From: Candidatus Peribacterales bacterium
GTDB taxonomy: Bacteria; Patescibacteriota; Gracilibacteria; Peribacterales; Peribacteraceae
Direction: 5' to 3'
Assembly: GCA_021731345.1 (NCBI GenBank)
Contig: JAKFXO010000030.1
Coordinates: 1-31,778, forward strand
Length of the DNA: 31,778 nt
In this document: positions 17,653 through 24,753 of the stretch, piece after piece
How positions within the stretch are numbered: the first letter of the stretch is position 1
How the letters are laid out: each line of letters begins with the position of its first letter
Notes under the pieces: model-generated
The model's input: the letters and a program-made list of their open reading frames with translations, nothing else
The model's database searches: none
Told to the model about the DNA's origin: nothing
Made by a program: the position numbers and the translations under genes

Positions 17653-17710
17653 TAGGGGTTTGGAATGTGCCGTTTCCCTTCCATGACAAAAGGGTTACAC
17701 TTGGCCGCGC

Positions 17711-18370
17711 ATGAACCCTGGACGACTTATCGGCCTCACTGTTCTCTTCGCTGCTCTTACGGCCTGCGGAGGAAGCCTAACGCTGACCTACTCGGTGAGC
17801 TCCAACATTCCGAATACCGCAAAGTCTCTTGAAGTATTCCAGGCAGCCGAGCGTGTCATGACACGCAGGCTCCCTGCAGCAGACGTGAAAGATTCGCAGG
17901 TGAAAGTTGTACCAACTGGAAGCAGTGCGACGATGACAATCAAGGTGCAGAACACTGCTGCGGCAGCCACGGCAGAGCGCATTCTTGGTGAGCCGTTCAC
18001 ATTCGATATTCGCTTAGAGGGACCAAAACTCCCGGAGATGGGTCCAGACGAAATTAACTGGCTCCCAACTGGTGTCGATGGCTCTACCTTATTGTGGGTC
18101 GTTCCAATCGCGAACCCAGACACAAATGAAATCGGCGTCGAGCTTCAATTCAGCGAAGAGGGTCATAAGCTCCTCGGAGAAGCGTTTAAAGGCAACAAGG
18201 GCAAGCATGTCGGTATCTTCGTTCGTGATCTCCTCGTCTCAAAGATGACGATCGCCGCCGATACAGTCACTGACCATATTCTCATCAGCGGTATTCCTTC
18301 AGAACGCGTCGCGCAAATTTTTGCCGACGACGTGAATGTCGGACTACACGCAATTTTTACTGAGAAATAA
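17711..18370 (+). CDS. Putative lipoprotein consisting of a stand-alone SecD P1 periplasmic domain
   Basis: Lipobox LTA-C19. The C-terminal half aligns by eye with the P1 head of the adjacent SecD. Confidence 0.75.
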   Translation: MNPGRLIGLTVLFAALTACGGSLTLTYSVSSNIPNTAKSLEVFQAAERVMTRRLPAADVKDSQVKVVPTGSSATMTIKVQNTAAAATAERILGEPFTFDIRLEGPKLPEMGPDEINWLPTGVDGSTLLWVVPIANPDTNEIGVELQFSEEGHKLLGEAFKGNKGKHVGIFVRDLLVSKMTIAADTVTDHILISGIPSERVAQIFADDVNVGLHAIFTEK

Positions 18371-18385
18371 TCCCCATCCCCCATC

Positions 18386-20830
18386 ATGTCCTCTTCAGAA
18401 CAGCGTTCATCCTTCTGGCCAATCGTCACTGCAGTCGTAGTGGCTCTCTGTGTGATCATCGCGATCCCAGACCAGTACAAAACGTTCCTGCCAAGCTTCC
18501 TCAAGCCAGGTCTTCACCTCGGTCTTGACCTCGCAGGCGGCACCCAACTGGATTTCCGCATTTCAGAAGATGAGATCATCAGCCGCCGAGCAGAAATTGC
18601 CGCTGAGATCGATACACTGAAGAAGAACGGTGGAGAGAATCAGGCAATCGTCAGCAAGCAGGTAGAACTTCAGGCACTCGACGAGCAGCACGCCAACTTA
18701 GTGGAAGCCATTCGTGGCGTCCTTGAGCGCCGCGTGAACTCACTCGGAGTCAGCGAAGCAACCATCACTCCGTCATACTTTGGTCCAGAGAAACACCTTC
18801 TCGTAGAGTGCCCTGGTGTCATCGATGTGAACCGCTGTATCGCAACTGTTGGAAAAACGATTCAGCTCGAATTTAAGGAAGAATACACAGAAACCCCAGT
18901 CGGATACGAAGCTGGCATCCGCGCTCAGGCTGACAAAGTCTTTAAGGCCATCGCTACGGGTACAGGAAACTTGCAAGTCTACGGACAGGACCTCAGTAAC
19001 CAGCTCGGCGTTTCGTACTTCGATAGCCGCGAACTCTTCGTCTCACAACTTCCAAAAGGAATGGAAGTACTCGCAAACCGCACTCCAGAGGATCCAGTCA
19101 TCAAGAACGAAGCAAGCATTCAGACCGTTGGCCAAGACGAGCAGGGTCAGCAGCAAGTGCAAGAGATTAAAGGAATTTACATCACGAAAGTACTGACACC
19201 GAAGAAATCAGTCCCACGCCCGTTGTCTGATCCGCATGAGGCTTTCCAAGAAATTGCCAAGACAACGCCAAATTCTTCTACGGAGTCCAAGAGCGCAGTA
19301 CTTATCGACTCCGCTCCAAAGGAAATTCAGACCACGCTTCGCACGATGGCTATCGGTAGCCAGGAAACAGTCAGTATCAATGGCGAGCAGAGCGCTATTG
19401 TCTATCTCGCAGGACGCATCGATGGTAGCCAAGAGATGACCGCGAGCCACATCCTGATTCAGTACAAAGGTGCTGAACGTGCAGAGGCATCGGTTGTTCG
19501 TTCTCAGGCACAGGCTAAGAGTTACGCTGATGAACTGAAGAAGCGTCTTGATGGCGGTGCCAACTTCAGCGACATCGCACGCACAGATTCTGATGGCCCA
19601 TCAAAGGCTTCGGCAGGTTCTATCGGCGTTATCCGCCCAGGAGTCATGCCAGCTGCCTTTGAAACCGCAGCATTCGCGCTCAAGCAAGGTCAGATCAGTT
19701 CTGTCGTTGAGACTCCATTTGGTTATCACATCATTCGCGCTGACAAAGCAGTCGTCACGACTAGTGCAAAAGTCACGTACGACCTTCTTCGTTTGAAGAT
19801 GGACACGACAGCAGCAAAAGCTGTAGCTGACACAATTGAAAAAGGAGAAATCACGAGGAATGAAGACCAGGTCACTATTCGTGGTCTCTTCTTCTCTCTC
19901 GAGCCTACTGGCTGGAAAGACACAGAGCTCAATGGTCAGCGTTTCCGCACAGCAAGCGTCACAGTTGACCCAGTCAGCAACGTCCCTGTCGTCCAAATCC
20001 AGTTTGACGAGAAGGGCGGCAAACTTTTCCAGGAACTCACGAAGCGCAACATCGGTAAGAGCATCGCAATCTTCGTTGGTGGTGAACTCGTCTCTGCTCC
20101 TACGGTTCAAAATGAGATCGCTGGTGGCAATGCTGTCATCACGGGAAGCCGCAGCTTCGAGGAAGCTCGTACACTCGCTCAGGACCTCAACACCGGTGCA
20201 ATTCCTGCGCCAATTTACCTCTCAGGCCAGAGCACAGTCGAAGCAACGCTCGGCGCTACAGCACTGAATCAATCAATCTTTGCTGCGATGATCGGTTTTG
20301 CAGTTCTCTGCGTGATTCTTATCATTATTTATCGTGCACTCGGTGTTGTGGCAATTCTTGCACTCATGACATACGTCGTGCTTCTTATCGCAAGTACGAA
20401 ACTCCCGATTCTTTTGATCTCGAATCAGTACGTTGTCCTGACGCTTGCGGGTATCGCAGGCATCATCCTCAGCATGGGAATGGCTGTGGATGCAAACGTT
20501 CTTGCATTCGAGCGCATTAAAGAAGAGCTAGCAAAAGGAAAGACTCTCAAGACCGCTGTTGAAACTGGCTTTAAAAAGGCATGGCCAAGCGTTCGTGACG
20601 GTAACTTCTCTACGCTGATCACGTGTGCAATCTTGTTCAGTATTGGCACAAGCATCATTCGCGGATTTGCCGTGACGCTCAGCATTGGTATTTTTATCTC
20701 GCTCTTCACAGGAATCATCGTCTCTCGCTGGTTCTGCCGTCTCATTGCTTCGTCTCCTCTCGCCAATCGCCCAGAACTCTTCGGCGTGAAAGTCGACAAG
20801 CCAGTCGAGCCACAGACGCCAAGCGTGTAA
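18386..20830 (+). CDS. secD: Protein translocase subunit SecD with inserted parvulin (PpiC-type) PPIase domain(s)
   Basis: LHLGLDLAGGT, LERRVNSLGVSE, AIFVGGELVSAPTV, LNTGAIP, GMAVDANVLAFERIKEE, IRGFAVTL. The insertion contains ASHILI...NFSDIA...FETAAFAL...ETPFGYHIIR. Confidence 0.93.
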   Translation: MSSSEQRSSFWPIVTAVVVALCVIIAIPDQYKTFLPSFLKPGLHLGLDLAGGTQLDFRISEDEIISRRAEIAAEIDTLKKNGGENQAIVSKQVELQALDEQHANLVEAIRGVLERRVNSLGVSEATITPSYFGPEKHLLVECPGVIDVNRCIATVGKTIQLEFKEEYTETPVGYEAGIRAQADKVFKAIATGTGNLQVYGQDLSNQLGVSYFDSRELFVSQLPKGMEVLANRTPEDPVIKNEASIQTVGQDEQGQQQVQEIKGIYITKVLTPKKSVPRPLSDPHEAFQEIAKTTPNSSTESKSAVLIDSAPKEIQTTLRTMAIGSQETVSINGEQSAIVYLAGRIDGSQEMTASHILIQYKGAERAEASVVRSQAQAKSYADELKKRLDGGANFSDIARTDSDGPSKASAGSIGVIRPGVMPAAFETAAFALKQGQISSVVETPFGYHIIRADKAVVTTSAKVTYDLLRLKMDTTAAKAVADTIEKGEITRNEDQVTIRGLFFSLEPTGWKDTELNGQRFRTASVTVDPVSNVPVVQIQFDEKGGKLFQELTKRNIGKSIAIFVGGELVSAPTVQNEIAGGNAVITGSRSFEEARTLAQDLNTGAIPAPIYLSGQSTVEATLGATALNQSIFAAMIGFAVLCVILIIIYRALGVVAILALMTYVVLLIASTKLPILLISNQYVVLTLAGIAGIILSMGMAVDANVLAFERIKEELAKGKTLKTAVETGFKKAWPSVRDGNFSTLITCAILFSIGTSIIRGFAVTLSIGIFISLFTGIIVSRWFCRLIASSPLANRPELFGVKVDKPVEPQTPSV

Positions 20831-20839
20831 GCTTTGCTC

Positions 20840-21181
20840 ATGGACTCCATCTTCCTGAAGGACATCGAAGTCTGGACACGTATCGGCGTGCCAGAAGCCG
20901 AACGTGCAAAAGCGCAGCGCCTACTGGTCAGCATTGAGCTGTCCGGTTCCCTCAAAAACGTCGGTACGACTGACGACATCACGCAGGGGACTGACTACGC
21001 CGCAGTCACGGATGCAGTCATAAAGCTTGGAGCCACAGAACGAAAAACTATCGAACGTTTTGCAGAAGACATCGCAGGCCTCATTCTCAAAAAATTCACA
21101 CATGAGAGCGTGAAGGTCACTGTCTGCAAAAAGCCTGATCTACCTCTGGATGCCGCCTGCGTTACCATCATCCGCCCATAG
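20840..21181 (+). CDS. folB: Dihydroneopterin aldolase
   Basis: IFLKDIEV..RIGV...E, TDYAAV, TIERFAEDIA, VTVCKKP. ATG 20840 preferred over TTG 20834. Confidence 0.85.
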   Translation: MDSIFLKDIEVWTRIGVPEAERAKAQRLLVSIELSGSLKNVGTTDDITQGTDYAAVTDAVIKLGATERKTIERFAEDIAGLILKKFTHESVKVTVCKKPDLPLDAACVTIIRP

Positions 21182-21663
21182 AAACCGTCTATCTCGGCCT
21201 TGGCTCGAACATCAACCCTGAGAAAAACCTCAGAGCAACAGCGGTCTACCTGAAAAAATCTTTCAAAAACATCCGCTTCTCCCCTGTCTACCGTAGCAAG
21301 GCACAACATATTACAGATCAGGCTGATTTTTTGAATGCAGCAGCGATGCTTGAGACGAAACTCCCACCTGAAAAAGTCGCGGCGGAACTCAAGAAAATCG
21401 AGAAGAAACTGAAGAAGAATACGCCGGAGAAATTTGGTCCCCGCACCATCGACTTGGACCTTTTGCTCTACGGTCAGGAAATCTCACTCGATGACGAACT
21501 AACAATCCCCCACCTGAGGCTCCACACGCGTCGCTTCGTCCTCCAGCCGCTCATCGACCTTGGAGCTGGAGACGTTCTACACCCTGGTTTTGATGTGAAG
21601 CTGAAGACGTACTTGATGGAAACGAAGGATCAGCACTGCGAGAAGACGAAAATCACGCTATAA
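21178..21663 (+). CDS. folK: 2-amino-4-hydroxy-6-hydroxymethyldihydropteridine diphosphokinase (start non-canonical, see findings)
   Basis: Reading from ATA 21178: [11 protein letters not shown]...SPVYRS...DQADFLNAA...[14 protein letters not shown]...[16 protein letters not shown]. Confidence 0.85.
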   Translation: METVYLGLGSNINPEKNLRATAVYLKKSFKNIRFSPVYRSKAQHITDQADFLNAAAMLETKLPPEKVAAELKKIEKKLKKNTPEKFGPRTIDLDLLLYGQEISLDDELTIPHLRLHTRRFVLQPLIDLGAGDVLHPGFDVKLKTYLMETKDQHCEKTKITL

Positions 21664-21673
21664 TCACCCACTC

Positions 21674-22216
21674 ATGGAACCGCTGTTCAAATCTCTCCTT
21701 AAAAAGATCGGCGAAGACCCGAATCGTGAAGGCCTCAAGCGCACACCAAAGCGTATGGCCGAAGCGATGCAATTCCTGACGTCCGGTTATGACCAAGACC
21801 TGAAGAAAGTGGTCAATGGCGCTCTTTTTTCAGCGGATACCGACGGCATGATCATCGTGAAAGACATCGAGTGCTACTCACTCTGCGAGCATCACATGCT
21901 GCCGTTCACCGGCAAGGTGCACGTGGGCTACATTCCAGATGGCAAGATCATCGGACTCAGTAAAATCCCACGCATCGTGGATATGTTCGCACGCAGGCTC
22001 CAGGTGCAGGAACGTCTTGGCCAGCAAATTTGCGATGCTCTCCAAGACATTCTGAAGCCACAAGGTATCGGTGTCGTCATCGAAGCCAGTCACTTCTGCA
22101 TGATGATGCGTGGCGTCGAGAAACAGCATTCAATCGCCATCACGAGTCACGTCGCAGGCAGCTTTAAGCGTGACGCACGAACGAGGCAGGAGTTTATGGA
22201 TCTGATTCGCTCATAA
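21674..22216 (+). CDS. folE: GTP cyclohydrolase I
   Basis: [51 protein letters not shown]. Confidence 0.96.
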   Translation: MEPLFKSLLKKIGEDPNREGLKRTPKRMAEAMQFLTSGYDQDLKKVVNGALFSADTDGMIIVKDIECYSLCEHHMLPFTGKVHVGYIPDGKIIGLSKIPRIVDMFARRLQVQERLGQQICDALQDILKPQGIGVVIEASHFCMMMRGVEKQHSIAITSHVAGSFKRDARTRQEFMDLIRS

Positions 22217-22220
22217 CCGA

Positions 22221-22243
22221 AGAAGGGGCTTAAAGCCCCCTCT
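22221..22243. terminator. Hairpin between convergent folE and the orphan gene
   Basis: AGAAGGGGCT-TAA-AGCCCCCTCT (10 bp, one mismatch). Confidence 0.55.
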
Positions 22244-22265
22244 CCAGACACCCGGATTGTCGTGG

Positions 22266-23006
22266 TTACGCTGCAAGGACTTTTTCCGCATCTGGCACCT
22301 GCTCGCCAAGTTTCTGGCGAATCGACGCGATCATAATGCTGTCATGAAGCTGATCGAAGCCTGCGTTCGTATCCCCTGCTTCATCGACCATCTTGTCACC
22401 ATCCATACCCTGAGCGTTGAGATACGTCGCAATGCTCTCCGATGACTCGACGTACTCGTGATACTCAGGCGTGTGATCCTTGAGCCCGCCCTCGGCCTTC
22501 ACGGCGCCATTCTCACGCAGAGCCCTGCGCGACAACTTGCTGATCTCGTCGATCTTTGGGTCTCCTGTCGGAGGTAGATCAACGTACTGATCACCAACCT
22601 CCTGCTCGCGATGCTTGGCCTCGTGCTTGGCAACGCGATCAGAGTCGAGCGCACGTCCTGCAATGCCAATCTTGCGTGTGTCATCGTGCTGCAGGCCTAC
22701 CACAGTGCCATCACTTGGCAGCACGTAGGCATCCGGCGCTGCAGCGATGTTTTTCATGCGCTCGTCATGCTCTTTGTCAGCGGCTTCAATGATTTCTTCT
22801 TCCATATCGGGTGCTACCGTTTGATCAGAGTTCTGAGGTTTAAAGAGTTCGGCAATTTTCTCACGCTGCACATCTTTCACCTCGCTGACTTTCAGTTTTT
22901 TTTGAGCCGCCTCCTCGAGTGCTAGCTCGCGAGTCTGGTCGAGCGTCCGCTTCACAATCTCTTTCGTGTCGAGAGCTGCCGATGATGTGGAGTTGATGCG
23001 ATCCAT
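22266..23006 (-). CDS. Hypothetical protein with HExxH motif (putative zincin)
   Basis: VAKHEAKHREQE followed about 30 aa later by LRENGA. Probable start is ATG 23006 (MDRINS). Confidence 0.7.
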   Translation of the reverse strand: MDRINSTSSAALDTKEIVKRTLDQTRELALEEAAQKKLKVSEVKDVQREKIAELFKPQNSDQTVAPDMEEEIIEAADKEHDERMKNIAAAPDAYVLPSDGTVVGLQHDDTRKIGIAGRALDSDRVAKHEAKHREQEVGDQYVDLPPTGDPKIDEISKLSRRALRENGAVKAEGGLKDHTPEYHEYVESSESIATYLNAQGMDGDKMVDEAGDTNAGFDQLHDSIMIASIRQKLGEQVPDAEKVLAA

Positions 23007-23118
23007 GTAAGCACCATTGTCGTCATATCCAGGTGAAGCGATACGAAAGAGAAAACCGAAGTGCCACGACACGTCGAAAACGAGTCTGGAAGCTACTTAC
23101 TCCGATGAGTCGAAGTGC

Positions 23119-24678
23119 CTACTTTTTAGACTGACCGTTCTTTCCGTTTTTTCCGACTGCTTGTTTCTCGAGCATTTTGTACACCGTAAGCTTCGTCATC
23201 GGTTGCTTATCTTGTCCGCTGTGTCCGTTTTTAGAATTGCGCGCGTCTTTTTTTACTTTACCCTTCCAAATTTTGTCGATATTCACACGGTACATATTGT
23301 GATATTTCTCAAGCTCATCAGGACCAGCCATCTTCAGAACGTCGAGCTCTGGAGCAAACATTTCTGAGTAACGGTCACGACGACGAATGAGCTTCGCTGA
23401 ACCGTCTGGATACAACATGATCATGCCGGGACGACGAATCGTATTGAAGTTACTCGACATCACCTGCGCGTACGCACCCACGTCCATAGCGGCCAAAAGG
23501 TCACCCTGACGCAGTTTTGGCATTTCGATGTTACGACGGATGATATCCCAACAGTCACAGGTGTTACCGGCGATGTTGACCGTATGAATACGGCGCTCGT
23601 TCATCTTGGACGCAGGCAAAATATCGTAGTGCACACCGGGCTGGATGAGCGCATCCGGAATAAAGTTGTATGTGGAACCATCCGCAATGACCATGCGTGA
23701 GTTCACACCCAAGCGCTTCTTACTAATAACTTTCATAAGGCCAATGCCTGCATTCATGACGATGCTCTTACCGGGCTCGAAGATAAGCTGGAGCGGCGGA
23801 ATGTTGTAGCGGTGCATGAGTCCCTGGAAGTACTTCGGGAAATCCTTCATACGCTCGATCGGGAATGCCTCCTCTTCTCCGATAGCAGCAGGGAAACCTC
23901 CGCCAAGTGACAAGCTCTGCACGCGGATGCCTTTGTCCAAGCAGCTGCGAATCAGCTTTGCGAACGTTCGCGCAGCCATCTTGAAGACCTTCGGGTTGTA
24001 GACGTAGCCACCCATGAAGTGGAAACCTTTGAAGTCGACATACGGGCTTTTGCGAGCCATATCCACGGCATGCTCGGCGTATTTAATGGGAATGCCGTAC
24101 TTGTTTCCTTTTGTGGAGTACTGACCAAACTCGATCATTGGGTTCACCCGAATAACAGTATCGATGTGCTTACGAAGTTTCTTCGCGGTCGCAGCAATGT
24201 GCTCGATTTCCTCAAGAGAGTCAGCCGTGATTGACTGCACACCGATCTTGATAGCGAAGTGAATGTCCTGCTCAGTCTTAAAGAGGTTCGTGAACGTCAG
24301 CTGCTTGGGCTTAAAGTCGGCAAGCAGACCAAGAATGAGCTCTCCAACGGACGAACAGTCCAATTCGAAGCCTTCCTCACGCACCATGCGGAGGATTTCA
24401 AGGTTACTGTTGCACTTCACGGCGTACTGCAGAGCGATGTCGGTACCAAAAACTTTTTTAAATCTCCTGAGACGTGAACGAATTTCACTATCAACAAGAA
24501 CATACAGTGCTGTGCCGTACTTCTCCACGATCTTATCAATCGGCACGCCTTCAATAAGCATCATTCCTTTTGTGTCCTGGCTCACGAAACGTTCCCAGCG
24601 CGGTCGCATATAGCGAGAGCTCACCTTGTGAGGTCTGACTTGCTTGAATTTGAAGTGGCCCGTTGGGCGCTTAGGCAT
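23119..24678 (-). CDS. Alanine-racemase-fold (group IV) PLP-dependent basic amino acid decarboxylase; candidate arginine decarboxylase
   Basis: YAVKCN, LDCSSVGE, IRVNP, KYG, LGGGF, EPGK, GNTCDCWD, DVGAY...SNFN. Located in a polyamine cluster. The fold call is strong; the substrate is inference. Confidence 0.85.
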   Translation of the reverse strand: MPKRPTGHFKFKQVRPHKVSSRYMRPRWERFVSQDTKGMMLIEGVPIDKIVEKYGTALYVLVDSEIRSRLRRFKKVFGTDIALQYAVKCNSNLEILRMVREEGFELDCSSVGELILGLLADFKPKQLTFTNLFKTEQDIHFAIKIGVQSITADSLEEIEHIAATAKKLRKHIDTVIRVNPMIEFGQYSTKGNKYGIPIKYAEHAVDMARKSPYVDFKGFHFMGGYVYNPKVFKMAARTFAKLIRSCLDKGIRVQSLSLGGGFPAAIGEEEAFPIERMKDFPKYFQGLMHRYNIPPLQLIFEPGKSIVMNAGIGLMKVISKKRLGVNSRMVIADGSTYNFIPDALIQPGVHYDILPASKMNERRIHTVNIAGNTCDCWDIIRRNIEMPKLRQGDLLAAMDVGAYAQVMSSNFNTIRRPGMIMLYPDGSAKLIRRRDRYSEMFAPELDVLKMAGPDELEKYHNMYRVNIDKIWKGKVKKDARNSKNGHSGQDKQPMTKLTVYKMLEKQAVGKNGKNGQSKK

Positions 24679-24703
24679 GGCGTTAAAATGCGGACAGAAC
24701 GCA

Positions 24704-24709
24704 ATTATA
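24704..24709 (-). promoter_or_regulatory. -10 box for the decarboxylase gene
   Basis: Perfect TATAAT on the minus strand, 25 nt upstream of ATG 24678. A 10-bp palindrome TCAGCGCTGA lies at 24711-24720. Confidence 0.55.
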
Positions 24710-24753
24710 GTCAGCGCTGATCACGTGTAAAGAAGAATTCTTCGTCACGATTT

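Noticed and set aside
21127-21138. C-AAA-AAG slippery site as the folB-folK frameshift
   Set aside because: A -1 shift there meets TGA at 21136-21138, so it cannot produce the fusion.
21331-21663. Track start of folK at TTG 21331
   Set aside because: It would delete the conserved YLGLGSN strand and about 50 residues of the fold.
23119-24678. Annotation as diaminopimelate decarboxylase (lysA) completing a lysine pathway with lysC/asd
   Set aside because: It has a C-D rather than C-E catalytic motif and a YAVKCN signature, there are no dap genes nearby, and the context is polyamine genes. Not excluded without an assay.
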